A stretch of DNA of 55,468 bases, counting the filler, from Stramenopiles sp. TOSAG23-6 (Eukaryota): NCBI GenBank assembly GCA_900128565.1. It is 4 parts of 4 records of this genome, joined end to end, with 100 filler letters (N's around TTAATTAATTAA, not from the genome) between each part and the next. Parts side by side here need not be neighbours in the genome. Positions count along the whole stretch, not along the records: positions 1 to 13,876 come from LT636156.1; 3 more parts are not named here. One strand, written 5' to 3'. Positions within the stretch are counted from its first letter, which is position 1. Each line of letters opens with the position of its first letter. Made by a program: the position numbers and the translations under genes. The notes under the pieces were generated by a model that saw only the letters and a list, made by a program, of their open reading frames with translations, made no database searches and was not told the origin of the DNA. Positions 1-9,929 of the stretch are shown here, piece by piece.

Positions 1-1334
1 CACCGCGCACAGATCTGATTTTTTTTGAAGATTAAGGATTTTTGGAAAAAATGGTAGGGGGTCTGAAATTTGACAAAAAATCAATTGTATACGGATTTTC
101 GTACCTAAGGCTCCTGAGCGTCCATATTTGTCGATATTTTTAGATAATTCTTTGGTGCAGCTGCAACATTATCTGCAGGGATTTGTTAGTAAAAATGGAA
201 GGGGTCTGAAAGTTCAAACCTTCGAGTATGTCAAGGAGAACTCGGATTTTAAAATAATGCATTTTTGACTTTCGTATGGTTCGACCAAAGTAAAGTATAT
301 TGTTTCGTCTGCATTATATACATTGTTCATTGTATCATTTCAAAAAACCAAACCCCCAGTGACATACTATGCGATTAGAACAGATCAACAGTAAAACTTT
401 GGTCTTGAAAGATGAAATATTTTTTTTTGGAGGTGCACCACAAAATAGTTTCTCAATTTCCCACGAAATGGGGGGTGGAATTGGTCGCCGCAAATGTCGT
501 ACAAAGACTACTTTGAAAAAGTCTGAAATACCTACAGTTGATGTTGCTGATATTGCATATAATAATTACAACGGTCAGCACTTTAAAATCACATATAGCG
601 AACTTGTAGGTCAAGAAAATACACCTGTGAATACCTCAAATACAAAGAAATCACATCAAAAGATCTTTATGTAAACTCCTTAAGGAAGTTACTACCCAAC
701 ATAATGATAATGTAGAAATATGAAAATTGATGGATACTGAAGCGAAATAAAACGCATATATTACTGGAGATGCAACCAGAGTTGAGTTTCCAGCAAGTAT
801 TAAGCTATTATTGCAATGGTACTAGACATGTGGTCTTTGTTCATTTATGAGAGAAACACTTAACCTTGTAAACAACTTATTTTTCAAGAATTGTCTTTAT
901 TTTAGTGCATATGAAATATACTAGACCAATCTAAAATAACAGGAAAACGTACCAATGCAATAATTAAGTTTGATATTAACTTTATCTTTTGATTTTAGTT
1001 GTCTTCTGTTGCATGCCCATGGCACGGCAATTTATCTGTAAAGATGACAAATAAGTACGAAATTTTGTACCAAAAAAAAATATCCCCTTTTCACTCAATA
1101 ACTTTACACCAATTAATAGAGGAAGGTTCTGTGAGTTCAGAAGTGTCTTTACATTGAAAAAATATTAATTCTTTGTCATTCTACAATAAATCTATTTTGA
1201 ACTGTTTTAGAGTATTTTAGAGTAAAACAGCTCAAAAATTTCAGACCCCTTGCCATTTTTGCCTTTTTGGTACGAATTTTTTCGTACTTAATATTTTTCT
1301 TAATCTTCAAAAAAAATGAAATCTGAGCGCGGTG
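1..1334. mobile_element. Non-autonomous DNA transposon-like element with ~36-bp terminal inverted repeats (CACCGCGC...)
   Basis: 1-36 CACCGCGCACAGATCTGATTTTTTTTGAAGATTAAG matches the reverse complement of 1299-1334 with few mismatches. Subterminal AAAAATGG..AGGGGTCTGAAA occurs at ~46-68 and ~191-211 and inverted at ~1238-1260. No intact transposase. Left flank/TSD is not visible. Confidence 0.75.
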
Positions 1335-1503
1335 TCAAAGTTTTACGATCACGGTTTTAGCTTAGGCTAGAGCTGTTAGGTACAAAATTTACTATGAAAA
1401 CTTTTATGATGTGTATGATGAAGAATTTAATATATGAAATAAGATTTGTATCATTTATATTATAACGAATAGATTCCTAATTCTTGTATTGATATGTTTT
1501 TTT

Positions 1504-1872
1504 TCAATTGGGGATAATTTGTTCTTCAAGTTCTTCTAACGCAACTGATACTTCATTTTTTAGAAGTTTAATTTTATGATTGCTTCTCTCACTCTCTTGA
1601 AAACAAGTCTTTCGTAGAGCATCAACTTCTGCATTCATTGTACTAAAGTCCCCTAATAAAAGCGATAATTTTATATCTGTAATACACTTTAGAACAGATT
1701 TGGCAGCACCGACAATATTAGCAACGTGTACAGGTGTTGATACACCGTCACAAAACGACGCGGATTTTTCAGTCGGAATGGGAGCTGTCCCCAATAAGTC
1801 ACCAAAGTTTTCACGAAGCTGACCTTCAGCACGTACCAATGCAGTGGTTAATTCAGCTCGCGACTTTGCCAT
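1504..1872 (-). CDS. MED22: Mediator complex subunit 22
   Basis: 122 aa; ANIVGAAKSVLKCITDIKLSLLLGDF resembles the Med22/Surf5 core. Confidence 0.7.
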   Translation of the reverse strand: MAKSRAELTTALVRAEGQLRENFGDLLGTAPIPTEKSASFCDGVSTPVHVANIVGAAKSVLKCITDIKLSLLLGDFSTMNAEVDALRKTCFQESERSNHKIKLLKNEVSVALEELEEQIIPN

Positions 1873-1885
1873 ATTAAATACTATC

Positions 1886-1945
1886 TATAGAAAATTGGAC
1901 ACTGATCAATGGACTTATAGAAAATTGGACACTGATCAATGGACT
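1886..1945. repeat. Perfect 30-bp tandem duplication just upstream of MED22
   Basis: TATAGAAAATTGGACACTGATCAATGGACT x2. Confidence 0.9.
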
Positions 1946-2008
1946 ACGTTGCTTAAAGAGAGAATGGTGGTGGTGTCAAGACTCAACTCAAGAGTCAAAA
2001 CGAAAAAT

Positions 2009-2023
2009 TAACCCTAACCCTAG
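2009..2023. promoter_or_regulatory. Telo-box-like (TAACCC)2 motif in the MED22/DNAJC3 divergent promoter; recurs at 8614, 9632, 18814, 25914 and 41873
   Basis: TAACCCTAACCCTAG; all six intergenic copies lie upstream of genes. Confidence 0.5.
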
Positions 2024-2137
2024 CTGATGATCGCTAATATTGCAACGTCATCGTGAAATCGTCAAATTTTTTTTCTCGAATCGAACAAAACAAACAACGA
2101 AGAAGATAGACACAATAATCTTTCTGGGATCATCAGT

Positions 2138-3713
2138 ATGAGTTTGTGTCGTTTTTTATGGGTTGTACTTTCTGTTCTCTTTGGGAGAAGCTTCCGCCAG
2201 GTCACTTCAGTACAGCAAGTATCAGTAAGTAAGCTTCGGGCTGCGGCTGATTCAGCCATTGTTGCGAAAAACGACACAAAGGCTGCAAAATTGTTGACTC
2301 AGGTAACCAAACTAGAACCAAATAACCACAATAATTTTTACAAACTCTTCCGAGTTCATCTCCGGCTTAAGAAATATACTCACGCTGTGAGAGATTTGCG
2401 TAATGCGTTGAACATCAAACCAAATTTTGGATCTGCTTTATTACAATTGGCTCGACTTGAAACAAAACTCGGTCACTGTGAGGATGCGGTAAAGACGTAT
2501 GGGAAGTTAGTAGCGTGTGGTTCTTCTTGTACAGATTATCAAAAAAAGATTCAAAATGGTCTTTCAAATGCAGAACAATGTATTGTACTCTTAAAAGAAG
2601 CTCATGCTTCAAAGAATAATCGTTCCGTGGCAGTAGATGCCCTTGGGAAAGTTGTTGAATTAAGCCCTCTTTCTCATGACCTTCATCTTTCGAGAGCTAA
2701 AGCTTTGATGGATTTAGAGAAATACTATGAAGTATTAGCTGACACCGGTAAAGCTCTGAAAATACGACATGATTCGATGGATGCTTTATTAATGCGTGCA
2801 AAAGGCTATTATAAACTTACTGAGCATGACATGGCAATGTATGTTTACATGATGAGTCCCTTGGAAGTGTTCAAATTTTATTCAATTTTTTTTTTTAACG
2901 AAATTTTATACCTAACAAGTTTCAATTTTGATATATATTCCAAAATAAATGCGCCATCTTAGAGAAGGTCTGAAATATGATCCTGAGCACAAACTTCTTA
3001 AACAACTCTACAGAATATTGAAGAAAATAATTCGTTTCACAAATAATGCGAATAAAAAATTTGCAAATGGTGAATGGGCAGAATCCAAACAAATGGCACA
3101 GAAAGCAATTGATGCTGATAAAACCCACTTGTCTCATAACAAAACCTTATATGTTATACAAGCAAAAGCAGAGTCAAAGCTAAAAGACCACCGTGCTGCT
3201 GCACAAGCAGCTTCAGAAGCTATTCGCTGTGACCCTTCTTTTATTGAAGCGTATATAGTTCTTGGTGATGCTCAAATCCAATTGGATCAATTTGATGATG
3301 CTGTTAGATCAATGCAACAGGCTGTAAAATTAGACCAACAAAATGAAAACGCAGCAAATGGATTAAAACGAGCCGAAGCCGCTTTGAAACAATCGAAAGA
3401 AAAAAATTATTACAAAATCTTGGAAATTCCAAGAGATGCAAATTCTCGCGAGATTAAGAAAGCATATCGCGCATTAGCATTAAAATGGCATCCAGATAAA
3501 CATGATTCTGAAAACGATAAAGAAAATGCAAAAAAGAAATTTCAAGATATTGCTGAAGCATATGAAATATTATCAGATGATGAACTAAAAGCAAAATATG
3601 ATAGAGGGGAAGATGTCCTTCAGAATCAAGGTGGTGGTGGTGGACATTCTCAACAAACATTTCACTTTTTTAATGGAGGTGGTGGACAACATTTCCATTT
3701 TTCTCATCGATAA
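2138..3713 (+). CDS. DNAJC3: ER TPR + J-domain co-chaperone (P58IPK/DNAJC3-like); exons 2138-2838, 2951-3713
   Basis: Signal peptide, TPR repeats and C-terminal J domain (NYYKILEI...WHPDK). The spliced join gives EHDMAMRHLREGLKYDPEH. Confidence 0.88.
2839..2950 (+). other. GT-AT family intron (112 nt) in DNAJC3
   Basis: GCA AT|GTATGT...TTTTATACCTAAC...CCAAAATAAAT|G CGC CAT; removal joins two ORFs in different frames. Confidence 0.8.
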
Positions 3714-3907
3714 TTGTGTTTAAAATAAAATATCTTTTAAAAATTTAATTTTTCTACAATGTTTTATTAGTATAATTCTCATAAACTGTTTAACAAGTTA
3801 ATTCTTTCTGTTTATTGAAAAATTACAATAGATTTTTTTTTAAATGTTGGAAATAATTTCTTTTTATTCAATATGGAAATTAAATTGAAATTCAATCTAC
3901 ATTTTTA

Positions 3908-5140
3908 TTAGTAATTTTCATATCCTGGTGCTTTTACTTCTTTTAACCATTTCAATACTTCTAATTGATCATATTCAGCTGCACTGAAACACGTACTATT
4001 ATCCCATGGACAAGGTGGACTTAGACTTCTTAACCATTTTAATACTTCCAAGTGACCTTTTTCAGCTGCCCAACTACATGTATCTTCATCCCATGGACAA
4101 GGTGGATTTTGACTTCTTAACCATTTCAATATTTCCAACTGACCACCAGAAGCTGCATGATCACACGTATATTCATCCCACGGACAAGGTGGATTTTGAC
4201 TTCTTAACCATTTTAATACTTCCAAGTGACCATTTCCAGCTGCATCTTTACACGTATCTTCATCCCACGGACAAGATGGATTTTGACTTCTTACCCATTG
4301 TAGTACGTCTAAGTGACCATTATAAGCTGCATTACTACACGTTTTTTCATCCCACGGACAAGGTGGATTTTGACTTCTTAACCATTTCAATATTTCCAAG
4401 TGACCACCATCAGCTGCACGAGAACACGTAAATTCACTCCACGGACAAGGTGGATTTTGACTCCTTACCCATTTTAATACTTCCAAGTGACCATATTTAG
4501 CTGCAGAATAACACGTTCTTTCATCCCATGGACAAGGTGGATTTTGACTTCTTACCCATTTCAAAATTTCCAAGTGACCATCTCTAGCTGCATTGAAACA
4601 CATAAATACATCCCATGGACAAGGTGGATTTTGACTCCTTACCCATTTTAATACTTCCAAGTTTCCATGTGAAGCTGCAGAATAACCCGTTCTTTTATCC
4701 CATGGACAAGGTGGATTTTGACTTCTTACCCATTTCAAAATTTCCAAGTGACCATCTCTAGCTGCAGAAACACACGTATCTTCATCCCATGGACAAGGTG
4801 GATTTTGACTTCTTACCCATTTCAATACTTCAAAGTGACCACCAGAAGCTGCAATATCACACGTTTCTTCATCCCATGGACAAGGCGGTTTTTGACTTCT
4901 CAACCATTGTAAAAACACTAAGTCACCACGCTTAGATGCTATACGACACGTTACTTCTTCACCCCAATCAGCACCAACCATCCAAGGCCTCTGCTTATCA
5001 TTTGACACAACTCTCCCGGAGAGTCTATCTTCCAGAGCTAAATAGCTGACAATATCAACAGCAGGACCTAATCCATGAAAAACCTTTTGAAAAAGTTTCG
5101 CAACGGCATCCTCTGTTCTAGTTCGTTTTTGTGCTGCCAT
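3908..5140 (-). CDS. Ankyrin-like repeat protein with ~13 tandem 25-aa QNPPCPWDExTCxxAAxxGHLEVLKWLRS units
   Basis: 75-bp DNA repeat period at ~3950-4915; CPW-type ankyrin repeat. ATG at 5140 preferred over the upstream TTG. Confidence 0.85.
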   Translation of the reverse strand: MAAQKRTRTEDAVAKLFQKVFHGLGPAVDIVSYLALEDRLSGRVVSNDKQRPWMVGADWGEEVTCRIASKRGDLVFLQWLRSQKPPCPWDEETCDIAASGGHFEVLKWVRSQNPPCPWDEDTCVSAARDGHLEILKWVRSQNPPCPWDKRTGYSAASHGNLEVLKWVRSQNPPCPWDVFMCFNAARDGHLEILKWVRSQNPPCPWDERTCYSAAKYGHLEVLKWVRSQNPPCPWSEFTCSRAADGGHLEILKWLRSQNPPCPWDEKTCSNAAYNGHLDVLQWVRSQNPSCPWDEDTCKDAAGNGHLEVLKWLRSQNPPCPWDEYTCDHAASGGQLEILKWLRSQNPPCPWDEDTCSWAAEKGHLEVLKWLRSLSPPCPWDNSTCFSAAEYDQLEVLKWLKEVKAPGYENY

Positions 5141-5510
5141 TTTTATCCTTCGTGTAAAGACACTATAATGTTTTTGTGGCCAGATTTGGAATAGAGCACG
5201 ACGTCGTCGTGTCAATTATTTATAGCAAATTTAGCTAATGGTAAAAGTCTTGACTTTTCGTTTTCGTTTTCTTAGTCAAACACATCAATTTAATTCTATT
5301 CGTATTATAGTAGTAGTAGATTTCTCGACTGAAGTTTAAGTTTACAGTAGAAACAGAAAGTGTTCCACTCTTTCATATCAGTATCATGTCTTTTTTATAG
5401 CTAGAAAAAATGCCATTGTGTCAATGAATGTCTTACTTTAATAGTATAAGTTATTGTACCTATCGGAAAAAAAATAGAATGAATCTTTTCTGTGAGAAAG
5501 CTTGAGAGAA

Positions 5511-6617
5511 ATGAAATCAGCATCGTCTTCGAGTAGCTCTTCCCCGTATAGAATTCATATTATCCAGGCTTTAAAAAGTAAAGTGCATGATGAGGCAATG
5601 CGAATTCTCAAGCGTGTCGAGAAAGTTGTTGCACCAATCATGAGAAAGCATAAATGGAGAGTCGTTAAACTTATAGAATTTGTCCCGAAAGATGCTAGTC
5701 TTCTGGGTATGAATGTGAACCGTTCAAAGATAATGATTAGAATGCGACGCAACAAAACTACATCAGATTTTCTTCCTTTTGATCATATATTATGCACCAT
5801 GTTACATGAATTGGTGCACATGAAATTTAGTGCTCATAATGCAAAGTTTTATGCATTATTAGATGAATTGAAAGGTGAGGCTGAATCTTTACTATCAGGT
5901 GGGACTTTAGCATTTGATAGTGTTGGTAGTGTATTAGGTGGTTCGAATGTTGCCGACCGAAATCTCTCTGTTCAGGAACGTCGAAAAGCAGCACTACATG
6001 CGGCTGAAAAACGTAGAAAACATCAAAACTTAGTCGGTGGTACAGCAGGTGGACGACGTCTTGGCGGTGCATCTTCATCGAACAAACGATTAACACCAAG
6101 ACAAATAAGAGAAGCAGCTGCAGAAGCTGCGGCAGCTCGTGCCAAAATAGATAAAGGTGGTTGTCGTGCTATTTCCGATGGGGTTTTAGTCATTGATGAC
6201 GATGATTTTGGAAAAAATACTAAAGAGAGTCTAATCGAAGATCTTGACTGCAAAAAAAGATCTGAAAATATAAATGAGAGGAAAATTACTGACTTGACTT
6301 CTCCAATAGTATCTGGTAAATGTTCAAAATCAAAAAAGTCATTTGTGCAAGAAAGTGATGGTCCAGGTAAGAATATTGAATCAATATTACCCTGGAGTTG
6401 TTCGCAATGCACTTTTAAAAATGCACCTCGGATGATTTACTGTGAAATTTGTAATGCTCCTAAGCCTACAACACTTCAGAATAATCAAATAGTTAGTACA
6501 AATACTATCAACGATAAGAAAAAACACAAACTTTCAAAACCAAACCAACGTAAACAAAATGTGAAAAGAAGAAAATTTCATCGAGGTACTCCAGCAATTG
6601 ATCTTACGAATTTATAA
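5511..6617 (+). CDS. WSS1: WLM/Wss1-like metalloprotease with RanBP2-type zinc finger
   Basis: PIMRKHKWRV..L.EF.P, LLGMNVN, TMLHELVH (HExxH), and WSCSQCTFKN...CEIC zinc finger. Confidence 0.82.
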   Translation: MKSASSSSSSSPYRIHIIQALKSKVHDEAMRILKRVEKVVAPIMRKHKWRVVKLIEFVPKDASLLGMNVNRSKIMIRMRRNKTTSDFLPFDHILCTMLHELVHMKFSAHNAKFYALLDELKGEAESLLSGGTLAFDSVGSVLGGSNVADRNLSVQERRKAALHAAEKRRKHQNLVGGTAGGRRLGGASSSNKRLTPRQIREAAAEAAAARAKIDKGGCRAISDGVLVIDDDDFGKNTKESLIEDLDCKKRSENINERKITDLTSPIVSGKCSKSKKSFVQESDGPGKNIESILPWSCSQCTFKNAPRMIYCEICNAPKPTTLQNNQIVSTNTINDKKKHKLSKPNQRKQNVKRRKFHRGTPAIDLTNL

Positions 6618-7023
6618 TTTTTTTTGGAAATATTTATTAGGTACAAAATTTCCTATGAAAAAAAGATAGATCTTACGAATTTATAACTAGCATACCAGAA
6701 AAATAGAAAACAATTCATTAGATAGAATAAACCAAATAAGTAAAAGTTGAATGTAAACTGGAACGAAACTGTTCATTTGTGTATTTCAAATACCTTTTTA
6801 TCTTGACGTAGATTTATTCAACATCAAACAAAATAAATATATAAACTAAATAAATACAACAAAAAAAAAACACGAAAGAATTTATTTTTTCGTGGATAAA
6901 TAGATGCAAAGCACAAATGTATTAGTATACCTGGTGCCATCATAGTAAGATTTATTTACAAAAAATGAATATTGGTCCCATATGCCAAGTTAACTATAAA
7001 TTTCTATAAAAAATATTGTAGCA

Positions 7024-8490
7024 TTAGATATATTTTAGAGATTCGTCAGTGTTTGATCTACGTCTATGAGAGCTAGCAGAAGCATGTATTTTGGAAAAAT
7101 ATTTCAAAAAAAATCGTTAGGTACAAAATTTCGTAGAAATTCAAATTTGAAAATGTACATGCTGCACTAAAGATCTTCTGTTTGGTTCGATATTAATTGG
7201 ACTACAGCTACGTAGCAAAGCTAATGATTCCGCACTAGAATTACTTGGGATAGGATAAGGGTTACTCAGTGCATTATTTGTAGAATGTAAAGTTTCATTA
7301 TTTCGGTTAAAGTTTAGTTGCAATAATTCTTCGTTGACTGGTTCCACACGCATGGAATGTAACGGGCCCATGTCATTGTTTGAATTATTTGTATTATTTG
7401 TATTTAGGGTAAATTGACTATTTTCTACTGTACTAGGGGCTCCAGAGTTTTCACTATTATATATATTATCAATATCATAATTATCATCATAATTTGGTCT
7501 TTTAAGGGATACTGCCATTGGCACAGTATCATAACTCTTATCGTGTTGGTACGTGTTAGGGTTAGGGTTATCGTGTTGGTACGTGTTAGGGTTAGGGTTA
7601 TCGTGTTGGTAAGTGTTATGAACGCTATCTGTATTTATTCTTGAGTGATCTTGATGATCATGAAAATCAGGAGCATCCTTAATATTTTTTGTAGGTACTA
7701 TTTGCACTTCAGCAGAATATCGGTTTTCTGCATTACGCAACTGATCCTTCTCAGTAGTCACAATGTGCTGATACACCGTACGCATCTCTTCTAACCATTT
7801 GTTTCTCTCTGCTTCGCTAGAACACTGCAACGCTAATTTTAACGGTCTTTGCCTATACTTAAGACCAATCATATGACCAAAGAAACCTGCCGGCTTATGT
7901 TCGAAGTCGACAAGCCCTGTCATTAAAATACAATAGGGTTTGTGAAAATATTGAAAACTTACCCGAGAGGCTCGAGTTTGTGACGTCATACGCAAAAAAC
8001 CACGGGGGATGTCGTCATAATCAGCAGTAACAGAATAAGTGAACACGCCATCAGGTCGAAGTCTAAAATAACGGCGTCTCCAATTTGTAAGTACCCTAGA
8101 ATGAACAGACTGTTTATTAAGCCAACCAGCGTGGCCCATTAGAACTTCTCCCTTTTTATTTACGACAAATCCTCTGGGAGAGTCTACTGCTACCGTTGAC
8201 GAAGCTTGCAATAATTCACCAATATCTGCAACATCTAAACGCAAATCAGCAGCCTCACGACGATATTTCGCTCGTTCAACTTCAAAAGCACTAAGTCGAC
8301 GATTTCTTGTTCTATTCACGACTGAATTACCGAGTCTGATTTTTGCCCTTTTGTCATTAGCTCCCTTATACACAACCTGAGCATAGTCACAAGTATCCAC
8401 AGTTCCAAAGTGGACTTTACGAGATGCAGACTTCCTACGCTTCATATGTCTTGTACCTAGTCCAACTATAGAAGACTTAATTGGCTTCAT
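7024..8490 (-). CDS. PH-domain protein; exons 8490-7159, 7083-7024
   Basis: HAGWLNKQS...NWRRRYFRL...SEAERNKWLEEM is a PH fold. The last exon is inferred from the family intron. Confidence 0.75.
7084..7158 (-). other. GT-AT family intron (75 nt)
   Basis: Minus strand CAG CAT|GTACATTTT...TACGAAATTTTGTACCTAAC...GAAATATTTTTCCAAAATACAT|GCT; contains an in-frame stop. Confidence 0.72.
7538..7611 (-). repeat. Coding 30-bp tandem repeat (HDNPNPNTYQ, ~2.5 copies)
   Basis: TTATCGTGTTGGTACGTGTTAGGGTTAGGG repeated on the + strand. Confidence 0.85.
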
Positions 8491-8687
8491 TTCTCAAAAT
8501 GTATCAACTATTATTTTTTGATTTTTTTACTCATAGATTTGTTTTTTTTTACGGTGAATGGGAAATTTGGAAATTACCGGATATGCGGATGATAATCGTA
8601 ATATATCGAACTGAACCCTAACCCTATATTATGTTATTTGAAAAAAAATATATGATTTTAAAAAGTATCCATTATTTATTATAAATT

Positions 8688-9533
8688 TCATTCATGCTTA
8701 TACTTCATTTTACGAAATTTCTGAAATTTCTTTAGTAATTTAGTTGACCAATACATACGCCCTAAAAGAATTGTCAGTCCAGTTAGAGCTGTAGAAAGTT
8801 TAACAAACTTTGGCAAATTCTTAGCTTCATCAAAAATCACATATTTTAGAATAGAGAAAGTTCCGATAGGAGATAAAATGAGTGCCGAACCTATATAGAC
8901 AAATGTTAATAAATACGTCGACAACGTCAAAAAAATCGGTTCGCCAAAGACTTCAGCAAATTGCCGCAATTTTAAAAACATATTTGGGAGTTCTGTAAGA
9001 CAGAATGCCACAGCAACAATTTGCGACCCTCTGCCAGTTTGATACAAAAAATAGATATCACCAGCAGTAATAATGTGATGGATAATGTATATCATACTCG
9101 AATTCAGAGATTCTCCAAAGAGAAATATCTTTGTTATGATAACGCTTGTGTCAAACAAATAGTAAGCAATTGAAATAGGAATAGCCCAGTCCGCAAAGGG
9201 TCTATATAATTCTTCTTCTCTTGGCAGGTCATAAATGATTCTTTTTCGATGTACCAATTGTGCAATTACACATTTAAAAGACATATACGCCATAAGTGCA
9301 GCATATATCATAGATACAGCTCTGCATCCAAATTTGAATGAAAGATAACGTTGCTCAGATTGTGACAAATCAGTCCAGAGAAACACTCGGAAGATGCAAC
9401 AAAATAGTGCAGCAAGCAAGACAAAAGCAACAAACAACAAAATATTTGAAGCTGTTGGATATGTATAATCTATTGGTGGCGTCACTATATGTAATATACC
9501 ATTCAAAACGGAGTTGGGTAATTCCATTTGCAT
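8688..9533 (-). CDS. TLC (TRAM/LAG1/CLN8) domain membrane protein
   Basis: Multi-TM; YYLFD, IIHH and LTELPN.FL motifs. Start codon uncertain. Confidence 0.7.
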   Translation of the reverse strand: MQMELPNSVLNGILHIVTPPIDYTYPTASNILLFVAFVLLAALFCCIFRVFLWTDLSQSEQRYLSFKFGCRAVSMIYAALMAYMSFKCVIAQLVHRKRIIYDLPREEELYRPFADWAIPISIAYYLFDTSVIITKIFLFGESLNSSMIYIIHHIITAGDIYFLYQTGRGSQIVAVAFCLTELPNMFLKLRQFAEVFGEPIFLTLSTYLLTFVYIGSALILSPIGTFSILKYVIFDEAKNLPKFVKLSTALTGLTILLGRMYWSTKLLKKFQKFRKMKYKHE

Positions 9534-9929
9534 TGTTTGCAAAAAAAACTTTATAATTTTGATAAATACTGTAGACGATCCGCGACTATCGATCACTAGT
9601 TTAAAACCTGCTTGGTGGTTTACCTACTAGCCTAGGGTTAGGGGTCGGCGGTGCTGAATTTATTGTCAGTTAGAGCCGGCCAGAGAGAGGCGATGACTGT
9701 TTATAACCAAGGCGCTACTGTAGGATAATATACAAGAAGAGTGCTGTGCATACACGATTGGCTAACTGTCCATACCACAATTGAGTAAGCTTGATTCAGT
9801 TGTTAGTTAGTACGTTGAAGTTGCTTTCCAACTCAGTGTTTACCGGTATAATCACTCAGAAGAGCTCGACTACTGAAACAACCAACATTGTTGCCGTGCT
9901 AGAGTTGTGCGTGTCTTTCCTGTGCACAG

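Noticed and set aside
369-674. 101-aa ORF inside the TIR element as a transposase
   Set aside because: Too short, and I see no DDE or DNA-binding motif; it may be a decayed fragment.
3950-4915. Regular 75-bp repeats with variable parts resembling a CRISPR array
   Set aside because: They are an in-frame protein repeat on the minus strand, with no unique spacers and no cas genes, in a eukaryotic context.
7556-7600. TTAGGG repeats in coding regions (also ~40278-40293) as interstitial telomeres
   Set aside because: They encode NPNP in frame and are too short to indicate chromosome fusion; a link to the telo-box motif cannot be shown.
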